From Tubulanus polymorphus (lineage: Eukaryota; Animalia; Nemertea), in NCBI RefSeq assembly GCF_964204645.1, contig NC_134027.1:26684560-26748559 (forward strand): a DNA stretch of 64,000 nucleotides. Reading direction: 5' to 3'. Position 1 is the stretch's first letter. Each line of letters opens with the position of its first letter. Shown here one piece after another: positions 26,985-40,000 of this stretch. Below the pieces are notes generated by a model, which did no database searches, was not told the origin of the DNA, and saw only the letters and a list, made by a program, of their open reading frames with translations. The translations under genes were made by a program, and so were the position numbers.

Positions 26985-27480
26985 GAGCCTGGCTCAGCGT
27001 CTGTCTCAATATCCTAAGCCTGTCTCAGAGTCTGTCTCGCAATCTCCTGAGCCTGTCTCAGTGTCTGTCTCCCAATCTCTTGAGCCTGTCTCAGTGTCTG
27101 TCTCCCAATCTCTTGAGCCTGTCTCAGTGCCTGTCTCCAGATCTCCTGAGCCTGTCTCAGTGTCTGTCTCCCAATCTCTTGAGCCTGTCTCAGTGTCTGT
27201 CTCCCAATCTCTTGAGCCTTTCTCAGTGTCTGTCTCCCAATCTCTTGAGCCTGTCTCAGTGTCTGTCTCGATATCCTAAGCCTGTCTCAGAGTCTGTCTC
27301 GCAATCTCCTGAGCCTGTCTCAGTGTCTGTCTCCAGATCTGAGCCTGTCTCAGTGTCTGTCTCCCAATCTCTTGAGCCTGGCTCAGCGTCTGTCTCGATA
27401 TCCTAAGCCTGTCTCAGTGTCTGTCTCCCAATCTCCTGAGCCTGTCTCGGTGTCTGTCTCCCAATCTTCTGAGCCTGCCT
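26985..27480. repeat. 33-bp minisatellite between the convergent NUP35 and DNAH12 3' ends
   Basis: Unit GAGCCTGTCTCAGTGTCTGTCTCCCAATCTCTT, about 15 copies with variants. Confidence 0.92.
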
Positions 27481-28092
27481 GTCTCGTCAATATCCGGAGT
27501 ATCCTAAAGTGTGTATCCTAAGTTTTCCTCGAGCAAAACAGAATGAACTGTTAACTGGTAATTAATCAAATTAAATTGCAACTTTATTCTATATCAGTTC
27601 ATTAATGTATATCACAGAATTAAATCAACAAGTGAACCACACGTATCTATAACATACAATAATTATAATAATAATTGTATAAATTTTCCTAGAAAAACAA
27701 GAACAAACTTTTATAAAATAAATCGGGATTTTGTATTTAACTTGTGAATACATGAAAAAAATAACAGATTTGTTCTATGTGTGGATTTTGATAGATAGGG
27801 ACGGAATTAACTTATCATGGACGGATTGAGTTAGAGTTATATCTAACAGATACTTAAATATAACACAATGCTCTACAAAATATATTCAAAATCATGTATA
27901 AGTTTGTATAGTATTTATGTGTACGAGTACAAATGAAACAATCAAATAACAATAGCATAGATAATTTGATTTATATAGCTTAACATAACACAGCAGTCTT
28001 TTATAGACAATTTCAACCTGGGACGGATTCAAAATAAGAATTCCTATATAAAATTCGTAAGAGATTTGTACAAAAATATAGAAAGCGACGAT

Positions 28093-31000
28093 CTAGTCAT
28101 CGAGTTGACAAAGAAGAGCGGTGCCTCTTTTAATCCAGTGTTGAACTGGTTTACCGGCATTCAGACGAATCGGTAAGACAAAGTTAGTAGAATGACCAGT
28201 CGTTGATAAAACACCTTTCCTTTCGCTTGTCTTATAAACCGGACACAAGTATCGTTTGTCCGATGTGTCAATATCAACCATTTTAGACGGTTTCAACCAT
28301 ATTATAGGCATGTAGTCATAGAGGATTTTAGGCAACTGTTCGGTCAGTTGATCGCTGAAAATACATTCATAAATATTGCAGTTAATTATCAAGGTTAACT
28401 GGAGAATAAAGAATCTCTGATGCTTCCCATTTTCAATTCCATGTACAATACATGTACATTATAGCTGCAACTTATCCAGACATTAAATAAAAACTTTTTA
28501 CAATAGAGAAATTAGTATTTGTCGCGGCATTTGTCACAATAGCCACAGTTGTCAGGGAGTGTCATGTAAACATTTATCATTTCAAAATTGGGCTTAGATT
28601 AGAGACTTTAGATATATCCAATCAAAATTCATCAACTTTTCATTCTCTCTTTCAATATCTCTTAACAATTTAGGATCCAGTTGCAAAATGATTATTGGTT
28701 ATAGTCATAATTAGTTGACTTTCAATACATTAACACAATACAGTCACATTTTAGAGCAGATCTGTGGGTATCGTTATGGACTTACTTTGTAACGTCCCAT
28801 CTTGCGCCATCTAAATACAGACCAATAATATAAGCACCATCATCAGGCTGTGTATCTAATTTATCAGTATGCATCACCTACAAAAATACATGAATATTCT
28901 ATAATCATCAACAATCGCAATCTATTCGACTAGGAAAATATCTAATGACATCCAGGATCCAGTAACGCGCAACGGATCCTTACCTCAGATTTCATTATCT
29001 TCACAAATAGAAGCATTAAAAAAGTAGGCATACACAAGATCAAATGACTGTAATAATAATGTTAACGTTGCTTTCATTCTTTAAGACAACGGCGAAAACT
29101 CACCTGGAAATCAAAGTCCAGTAAATCAATAGGAATCGTATATTTCCTCGCGTAATTCTGTTTAACACCAGTTAAGAATGCTTGTGTAAAGAAGAATCCC
29201 GACACCCAGAACGTCGATGGTTTCCCTTCGTCGTACCATTTCTGTAGAAATAAACATTTATCACAGATTTATCATGCGAAACAATGAGACAAGAACTGAA
29301 TCACAATTAGGGTTTCACTCTTATCAATTCATCAGGGCTGCCAACTGCTATCAGTAACAAATTGAATTTATTCGGTAACATTTCATTGAAATATAAATGA
29401 AAATGTTCAAATCAATCAGTAATCAACAGTAAGACCTTCAGTGAAATCTTTCATATTTCTGTATGCATCAAACAAATCAAATCAGTAGTTCTAGTTACCG
29501 GTATATGGATAGTAACAATTACTGAAAATCATGAAGAGTTGTCAGCCCTGATTCATTTCCATTTAACTCTCCTGTAGATGTTACATATCGTATCACAGAA
29601 CAAACCTGTAAGAATCTCAAACGTTCTAAGAAGTCGTTGACGTAACTTCCGAGTGGTTTCAGTGATGGATAGGAACGTTTAGCCCACAACGCCGGCATTC
29701 GACCGATCAGAAGACTGTTCGATAACGCTTCCAACTCGGCTGACATCACAACCAGACCCTTAATCGCCTTCTGTAGATTGATCAAACTGCTTCTAATAAT
29801 CGACAATAACCTGAAAAAATTCAAATCACATTGATATATTGAATATCCCGCTAATTGAAAGACTCAGTCTTATGAATGAATGATGAACTTACGTATTGAA
29901 ACGTTCCATTTCTTGTACGAGAACAGTGTTCATACTCTCTGAATAAACTACTGGATACTTTTTAATGGCCACCTCTAGATCATAATTATCCGGCAACTGA
30001 AAATAAATAAATACAGTGTTTAGTGTTAATCAAGTGAAGCAGCCTTACATGTCTTTATATCTCAAAGACGCTTCTCTTAACTGCAGCTTTTTATTTGGTC
30101 TTCTATGCCCCATCTTATGTTTTTATTTGTATCATCTAGATTCAAACATGTATTATCTGGTACTTCTTAATTACCGAGGTATTACTTAAGCTCCGAGGTA
30201 TTATTTAAGTTTACCTTGCTCAGAATATCGGCGGCAATTTCCTGTAAAGCGTCATCAGTTTTACCGCTGCCTCCTCCACCCATCTGACCGAGCGTCAACA
30301 ACACCGAGTCGAATAGACCTCGAGTTTCCTGCAGTTCCTTTGAGATATCTACGTTATCGTGCATCCCGAATATCTCCGGATATTGAGCTTGAGGTAATTT
30401 CTATTCATGCAAAGAGAATGCATACATTTTATCAATTGATTTATACAGTTTTAAGAAAGTAAATGTGAAAACAGGTCGTACTGTGTAGGTTAACTAGAGC
30501 TTGTTAGAAGTTATAAGCTTCGGCTAGCTGTGCAGAGTAGCTTCGTCATGTAAAGCTATCTGATGAAGCTACTCTTGAAGGCTCAGAATTTCAAACAAAA
30601 TCTAGTTAACCTGCAAAGTACTGTCAATCTGTTTTCACTGATTTGACTTTGACACCAAATCAAACATTCATGCAAAATAATACAGATTTTCATACCTTGA
30701 TGAACTCAACGTAGTCTTCATATGTGCCTTTCGGAGGAGCGAAGTAAAGTCCGCTCGGGGAGAATTTACATTTAGCGTCAGTAATAATGTTCGGATTGTA
30801 GAAATCGGATAGAATCGTCAGTAAACATCTTCGATCCCAATCGTCGGTAACGCGACCTCCGTAGTTACATTCGCCGGTCATATACGTGATAGCTTCATAT
30901 GGAACTTCATCATATTCATTAACAAACATCTGTAATACAAATCAGCGGTTTCTATTGACAACTGACTGTCTATAATACATCTAGAATCGAGTTTCTATCG

Positions 31001-34000
31001 ACGACTGACTGTCTATAATACATCTAGAATCGAGTTTCTATCGACGACTGACTGTCTATAATACATCTAGAATCGAGTTTCTATCGACGACTGACTGTCT
31101 ATAATACATCTAGAATCGAGTTTCTATCGACGACCGACTGTCTATAATACATCTAGAATCGAGTTTCTATCGACGACCGACTGTCTATAATACATCTAGA
31201 ATCGAATTTCTATCGACGACCGACTGTCTATAATACATCTAGAATTGAGTTTCTATCGACGACCGACTGTCTATAATACATCTAGAATCGAGTTTCTATC
31301 GACGACCGACTGTCTATAATACATCTAGAATCGAGTTTCTATCGACGACCGACTGTCTATAATACATCTAGAATCGAGTTTCTATCGACGACCGACTGTC
31401 TATAATACATCTAGAATCGAGTTTCTATCGACGACCGACTGTCTATAATACATCTAGAATCGAGTTTCTATCGACGACCGACTGTCTATAATACATCTAG
31501 AATCGAGTTTCTATCGACGACCGACTGTCTATAATACATCTAGAATCGAGTTTCTATCGACGACCGACTGTCTATAATACATCTAGAATCGAGTTTCTAT
31601 CGACGACCGACTGTCTATAATACATCTAGAATCGAGTTTCTATCGACGACCGACTGTCTATAATACATCTAGAATCGAGTTTCTATCGACGACCGACTGT
31701 CTATAATACATCTAGAATCGAGTTTCTATCGACGACCGACTGTCTATAATACATCTAGAATCGAGTTTCTATCGACGACCGACTGTCTATAATACATCTA
31801 GAATCGAGTTTCTATCGACGACCGACTGTCTATAATACATCTAGAATCGAGTTTCTATCGACGACCGACTGTCTATAATACATCTAGAATCGAGTTTCTA
31901 TCGACGACCGACTGTCTATAATACATCTAGAATCGAGTTTCTATCGACGACTGACTGTCTATAATACATCTAGAATCGAGTTTCTATCGACGACTGACTG
32001 TCTATAATACATCTAGAATCGAGTTTCTATCGACGACTGACTGTCTATAATACATCTAGAATCGAGTTTCTATCGACGACTGACTATCTATAATACATCG
32101 AGTTTCTATCGACGACTGACTGTCTATAATACATCTAGAATCGAGTTTCCATTGACAACTGACTGTCTATAATTCATTTGTAGAAAAACTAAGAGAGAAG
32201 TGACGTATGTTTCAACTCAGTTCTATCAGGCATTTTCAAAACAGTTTCAGAAAATGGCCCATAGAAGTCCAAACATCATCACTCTCTTAGTTACTCTCTT
32301 AGTTAGTTCTTCTACATAATTGTAGTTTTTTCTACAAATAGTCTAGTTATATGTGATGTATTAATGAATAGGAGTTTGAGGAACACAAACCTGAAGTTGT
32401 CTGACCGATATACGCAAATCGGATTCATTAAAACCGTACGCAATATTCCAACCTTGAGCACCGAATTTTCGTCTTTCTTGCACGAGCGCGTGGAAGAAAC
32501 AAAGCCCGTATAACAACTTCTCAAATTGCTGCAGAAAAATAATTATCACGATGTCTTATTCCTTCAAGTTTCAAATGAATCGGAAATTGAAATGAGGTAT
32601 TTATACGTACGAGTTCTCGTTCGGGACATCCGGCGAAGAATGTCTCATCACTGATAGGATCGTTTAGATACGACTGTAGCAGATTTTGTCGCAATCCAGT
32701 TGGGGGTTCATTAGTCATTTTAACACCGTTCTGTAGCACAGTCACAGGGAACTAAACAAATAAATAAATATACTATCAAAAACAGTTTAACTTTCTTCAC
32801 CACGCTCAACTATGTTTCACAACAGTTTAAATATTTCAATATCACATTATGATACATATTTGAATACTGATACCAGGTACAACAAAATATCTTTTAAAAC
32901 ATTCCAGATTTGAAGAACAAAACATCAGCAGAAAATCAACGCTCATTTAAAAGTCTTTAAAAATTCGGAAAAGTTTCAAATCATCTGATAAGACTATCGT
33001 GTGTTTGTGATACACCTAATACTAATAATTACTTTATCTGAAGGATAACTTGTCAGCCATAATCTGAAGTTAGGATCAACAGTTTCTGGAGTGAAGTCTT
33101 CGCAAATTTTCTCCATTGCTGTCATCCATGAGACGGCTAAATGACAGTTCTGTAACATCACCCACGTGCCCTCGTTCTTCGCTGATTCTATCATACGAGC
33201 AGCGATCGGACCCTGAAATCAATCATTTCATTATCTTTCCACATGTTTATTGGAATCATAGAAACATTTAAAAACCATACACTAACAAAGTGAGATTAGT
33301 CATCGACCCGAAGATAACTGAGGACTAAGGCAATATAGTCAAAACCCTGAATATACTGAATATATAGGAAACTTTCATTGGCCAGTTCCTCAAAATGGTT
33401 AAAGACAACCAGTAGATAAATTCCATAGTAACAATGAACTTTTAATCATCACTATGTCAACTATCCACTGGTTAACTTTAACCATCTTTTGAGCAACTGC
33501 TGCCCCTGGTCTTAGAGATTTGGATTTTGTATATAATCGTCACAGATAAGTGTTTCATCAAATCATGCATTCTGAATATTTCCTTATCTAGTTTTAAACC
33601 TACCTGTCCTTGACCGAGAGAAATTGAATTGAACTTCGCTCCACCAAATCCTTTATCTTCGGCAAACTTCAACAAAGCCATTGTTGGATCTGCTCCGGGC
33701 GACAAAACGAAGATTAAAGGCGAACAACAGTTGGAGTCGACGTAACTCTTCGCCAAGTCAAACGGTGGCGGCTCCACAAATTTCTTTCCAAGTTTCTCTT
33801 GTACGAATATAGTTATAGCTGGAACGACCTGAAATAAACAGACATTACATTAGTTCCTGGATAACAGATGAACTGATATCTGTATTCTCAGTGATGAAGG
33901 CACAATTGACGATATTCTAAGTATCTCTGAAGATGGCATTGCCATTGATCTAACAACTTGTGACGAGTCTGAAAATCCCTTTTAGACTTAGCTTTAGAAA

Positions 34001-37000
34001 TGAAAGAGAAATTATGATTTTGGAGGTATTTCGATATTTTTGGGAGAAGTTGAGCCCTTAAAAAGAGTAGAAACTACTCTCAAATAGAAGTCATAGCCTG
34101 TATCTACCGGTATATAATAAATGATAAGGTTTTTCTGATTTTTACCTTGTCCTGTCTGATGCACCTCAAAACTATCATTCGTTGAAAGTCGTTGAGTTTT
34201 GTATTCCACGGTGAGGGTATTTCGTACTCGTGAGGATCTTTACTGTCGTACATCTTTCTCCATAATCCTAGATTCTCGGTGAATGAATTTCTGAATCCTT
34301 TAAACGTCGGTAGATCGTTCAAACGACAAATCTCATCCCAAACTTTATCGGATATCCATGACGAGTCGGGGTTCGCTAATTTGTTTTCGAGACCGACACC
34401 ACCGGTCAAAAAGAACAAATATTCTTCATGATTCAGTTCACCTTTTGCCCTGTAAAACAATCGCCCAGTAAAGAATTATTATTACTATCAATATAACATA
34501 AAATTTATAGAGAGCTTTAATCCAAAATGGCTGTGGAGTGCAATTGTAAACACAGATTACATAATTATTTATGAATTGATTGAAATGTCTTTTAAAATGT
34601 TCAGTCTTAAGGTTTGTTGCAGTAATAATTGTGCAGTGAATCTAAAAGTCTATAACAAAAATAATTTTCTTAAGAATTCAGTATTATTTATAAGATTTAA
34701 AATTTTTCTTTTAAGAGTTCAATAACTACGCATTTGAAATGTGAAATGTGACAAAAATAACTGTTGAAAACCAAAGTGCAATAAATGATTTGTGAAAAGA
34801 GTAGGAAAAAGCAGATGATTATATTTAATGAAAAGCAATATTCGTGACTCACGGCACAAAATCTTTTAAAAAAAATAGCAAAAACTTCGAAACTTTCTAA
34901 AACACCGAAACCCTCAAACACAAAAACAAATAACTTACATGAGTAATTTACTACACAGTAAAAATGAGAAGAGCAATTTGTCTTTCTCAAATAATGACCG
35001 ACACACGTTAGTGTATAGATTATAGGTAAAATGGTCGGTAAGATAACGTAATCTTCTATCGAGAATCTTCGATTTATTGCTGTAAAAATTAGATAAACAT
35101 GCAGAGAAATGAGAAATAAAGAGATACAGATCATACACTTTTACTCAATTTGGAATTCATTGGAATTTCAGTTGTATTCGATTCCTCCGACTGATAGTAA
35201 ACCATGTACTGAGTCTAACAAGGAGATGAATACTTCAAAATTCTTCATGCATTCCATATTGATACACGGTTCTTACAGATCAGGGATTTCAAAATTCCCT
35301 GATAATTCCCTGATCCTTGACTGAAGATATCTTATTGAATCATGAGATATCGTCAGTAGGGGCGGTTTCTGTTTGAGAGGTTCTTGTGCCACTCTCAAAT
35401 TCACCAACTTTTCAAGAAAAGAGTCAGAATTCCGACTTCCCTACCAGTAATAAATGAGCAGTTCTCTGATTTCCCCGATCGGTAAGAACCCTGTTGACAG
35501 TAGATACATGCTATAGATATGGTAGGTGGCGAGGTCCAGTTATAACTAGGCTAAATATATAGATGGATATGGATATATATACATGAGTATAGTATATATG
35601 AGGGAGAGCGCTTTAAGGACACGTTCTTCTTACTTACAAATAAATATTAGCGCACAATATGAACGAGAAGATAAGCTTATGCTTAGCAAACAACGATCTA
35701 CAGATGTTTTCGTATAAATTATATTGGAAATGATCCTTTAAATAGCGCAAACGCCTCTCAAGAATCCGTGATTTATTGCTGAAAAATTTAAACCGTAAAT
35801 TCCGATGAATGGTCTTCGTAGGGTTTGGGCAGCAGCCTTTTGGAGGGGGTAACATGAAACAATCAAGACTGAATTCCATGATAGTTGTGAGTTGAAATCT
35901 AACCTTAGAGTCGAAACATTGTAAATGAACTGATTTCAACTCAGAGTTAACTCTAAACTCACAACTGGTCCAGGATCCAGTTCTACAGTTTTGAGTTAAA
36001 TTTGACTCTATAGAGTTTAAACATTAATATCGAACTGGAGCCAGTTCCACAGTTGCAAGTCAACAATTGAATCATAGTTAACTAGTTGTAAATGAATATT
36101 TTTTCTATTCAGAGTTGACTCTTAACTCACAATTGTGGAACCTGGCCCCGGGAATATATTTCTCATGATAAGGCAGTGGGTTGAACGTACCTGTCATGAA
36201 TAGAATTGATGTATAAATTGACGAACCACGTCAATGAATACTGATACATAGGATCGATGTTTGGCAAGTCAGCGATCGAGAAAAACAGAATAGACGAATG
36301 TTTCGCAATCGGTCGATATCCTAAACGCGTCGTGTCTATTTTCTTCTCAGTTTCTTCAGCAACCTGTAAACAAATACGTGTTGAAATAATACGAAAATAT
36401 CAATTTCACGAATATAACTGACATACCGAAATAGAGTTCATACTCGCCTTTTGTTTTTTAGAGATTTCGTCGGATAGAATTTTCGAAGAGTCGAGAATTT
36501 TGATGGCAGTTTCATCTTCTAAGATGTTACCCTCAGATGCGGATAATGTGTACAGAATTTTATCTTCAATTTCTTTCAGTTGTTTTTTATTGGCAGCGCT
36601 CTGAATGATCAAAGCTTGACGTTCTTCTTCGAGTTCCGGCCTGTGAGAAATGTGTTAAATCATTACCATCACTTGTTACAGTTTATCAGAGTTTTACGTC
36701 TCAACTCCAAGTAACAGTGTAACCCTGTGGGTCATAAGAGACGGACAGGGCTTTTATATAGGTTGTTATGGCTCACAACCTAGCTAAGTTAGCAGTATGT
36801 GTCTCACCAGCTAACGCCAGAGGGGTGGTTTCGAACTAGGAACCTCTTGGTGCCCAGTCCTCCACTCAACCAACTGAGCTAAGTGCACAGTCACTCTCTA
36901 TTCGATGAATTCATATCAACTACAGTCACTTGTCTTTGAAACCGAGAGGTTAACTGTATTCAACTTTATGATATTACCTTTCTTTAGCGACGACAATTCC

Positions 37001-40000
37001 TAGAAGCTGATCCTCCAAACCTTCAGGTGTAATCATAAAGTTCAGTAGTGAAACCTTAGTAGCGATCTCTGGTAAATAGTGCGGATTACGTAATTTAGTT
37101 GTGATGTAAAATCGGAAATCTTGACTGTATTCAATCGTATTTTCACCCAAACGAATCATTTCAACACCACCTTGAAAATAGAAATTGTGATAGAATGAAA
37201 ATTCATAATATCAAAGCCATGAATCTAATATCAAAAATAGCTCCAGAATGAAATGAAATGATTAGAATTTGTCACCATGATATTTACAACTATGTGAATC
37301 TTTCGTGATAAATATTTATGCATTGAGTGTGAAAATTTGAAAAAAAATTTTTTATATAAAAATGTGGTATGACATTATAAAGGCTTGTGATGAAATAAAA
37401 AGATGAATCGGGAAAATATGTTCAACCTATCAGAGGATTTCCTTTACTGTCAGCTATAGAATATAATATTCATATAATATTTATTGAACATTTATTGTCT
37501 AAATTGGTCGGAAACATTTCATCAAAACTATGTTTTATGAGCAGAGCTACAAGAAATAGAAATCTAAAGAAGCACCATTTGATTCTGTATTTGAGAAAAT
37601 TCTGATGGAAAAGGAGGCATTTTGTTCAACCGGCTAAAGGAAAACAGAGAGTAAATTTGATTTGATTTCTCGGAAATTTGCGAGAAAAATACATCGATCT
37701 TAAATACATCGAGCAAAAAGATAGAGGAAATGATTAAAAATGATATGATGATAATATATAGTTTAATAGGAGGAAAAGTTTATAAAAGAATCATTGGTTC
37801 TTCCATCATATACCACAGGTATGGGTAGGTAAGAACATAGAATTCTAATACCTGACTTACCCATTGACACTAATTCAAAAACAAACATAACAAATAACAT
37901 TAATCAACGAGACAATGAAATATGTTTCTTTAGACAAATGACTAAAAATCAATTGAAGAAAAGCCACAATTATGAAGTAAAAACTCAGAGGAATTTCATA
38001 TTTCGAATTAATTTCCAAAACAAATTTATACATCAAAACTCCTCTCGAATCTGTTTTGAAAATGGTTGATACCAGTTGAATCAAAACGTCAAAATCATCT
38101 ATCAACTTTACTTTGTATTTGTGTAGTTTTTCCCAAACTATGAAATATTTTTCTAGATTTGAATGAACTATAATCAAACTTTCTCTAAACTACGACGATG
38201 AACACAAAAACTAATGTTACTTACTTTGTTTGAATGTTTGTTTAAGAAGAAGAGGTTCCAGGGATGGATCTAAGTCTTCGCCGACGTTCTCCAGTAAGAC
38301 TGGATTACCGAACGTAATCGAATTTTCTAACGTACGCATGTAATCGGCGTCGGTTAGTTTTATCACCGATAGCGATAAATCTTTCTCCGTATTTTTCACC
38401 CATTTATTTGCCTGACCTTGAGGATCGATCATCAATGGCCTGAATTAAATACATAGAATTAATAAACACGTGAAAATCTACTTGATAAATCAACTCGTTT
38501 TCAAACTCTCGTACCATCTTCTCGAGTTGGCAACAATGACACCGTTATCAATAGAGAACGCGTCTCTAGGCAACCCGGCTATATTCCACGCTTGTATTTT
38601 GATCGGTTCACCCATCGTTTTAGTCAGAGAAAACTCTTTACTACACGGGATATTCTTCATCTAGAAATGAGAAATAATGAATTCCGATTTCAAACATCGA
38701 CCACAAAGAGCTGAACACAAACAAGTAACGCAGTTCAACAGTTTGACAAAACAAACAAAATGAGTTCATTTCCAACGCTTTGGACCTAGTATAAAATTTT
38801 AACCAAGGCCTGTGGAACCGACTGGCTGGAGTATGAATGAGTAATAGCGAATTAACATATAAAACAAGAGCTGAACACAAACTAGTAACACAGTTCTACA
38901 GTTCGATTCTTGAGACAAAATTAGTTCAGTTCTTATGTTATAAGCCCAGAGTTAGATTTCAAGTGAGGCCCGTGGAACTGAATAGTTGTAGTATAAATGA
39001 TCACATAACCTACCAGACAATTGTTAACCCAATCAGAAGTGCATTCATCTCTGAAAGCTGATGTGAATGGTCCTAAGTAAGCGATTACACCGGCTGAAAT
39101 CAATACATCTCCGGCCAGATTGTCGTATATAATCTGTAGTTGTTCGGCAGCTTGTGTCCATCTGTCTTTCTCTCCACCCAATCCACCAATCAGTTTCTCA
39201 GCTCGTACAAGTTTCTTTCCGCAGAGATCCACTTGGAATTCGAGGTTTTTCGCTTTTTCAGTCGCTTCTTCGAATGTTTTCTTCAGATCAGCCAATCTAT
39301 AGAGAGAAATAAACATTCATTTCATCAGATCAGGGGCTGGTTTTATAGATCTCACATCTGGAGGCGGTAAAACTTCCAAATTTTTAAAGGGAGGACCCCA
39401 TACCGTCATCCGTGGTCCTGCGATAAATTCTAAACTCATAACTGGTAGGGTCCAGGATCCAGTTCCACAGTTCTGAGTTAAGTTTGACTCAATTCTAAAC
39501 TCATAACTGGTAGGGCCCAGGATCCAGTTCCACAGTTCTGAGTTAAGTTTGACTCAATTCTAAACTCATAATTGGTAGGGCCCAGGATCCAGTTCCACAG
39601 TTCTGAGTTAAGTTTGACTCAATTCTAAACTCATAACTGGTAGGGCCCAGGATCCAGTTCCACAGTTCTGAGTTAAGTTTGACTCAGCTAGGATCTGAGG
39701 CTGGAGCAATGAATATGAATGTAAACGAACCTAGCTTCAACTGCAGCTAACTCTGCTCTCTTTTCATTCAACGTTTTCATCGTGCTGCTCAATTCCGATT
39801 CAGCCTCGGCGAGTCGAGCTTTCTTCGGCGCGACGACCTTCGCTACACGATCGTAGATCTCCATCGCGCACACCCATTTACACAAACCCTCGGCCGCCGA
39901 CGAAGCCTTCGCTACTTTAGACGGATCGAAATCCGGATTCGTGATGTATTCTTTTCGAATTTTCGCCATAATCGGAACGGCAATGTTGTCCTTATCGTAT

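Noticed and set aside
26968-27406. ORFs with EPVSVSVSQSL or LSPNLLSLSQC repeats
   Set aside because: By-products of a 33-bp minisatellite downstream of the NUP35 polyA signal (AATAAA near 26678). No ATG start or splice support.
30948-32173. CRISPR-like array
   Set aside because: The repeats are contiguous with no unique spacers, there are no cas genes, and it lies in a eukaryotic intron.
36818-36887. Functional tRNA gene
   Set aside because: The acceptor and T stems do not pair properly. Better explained as a SINE head.
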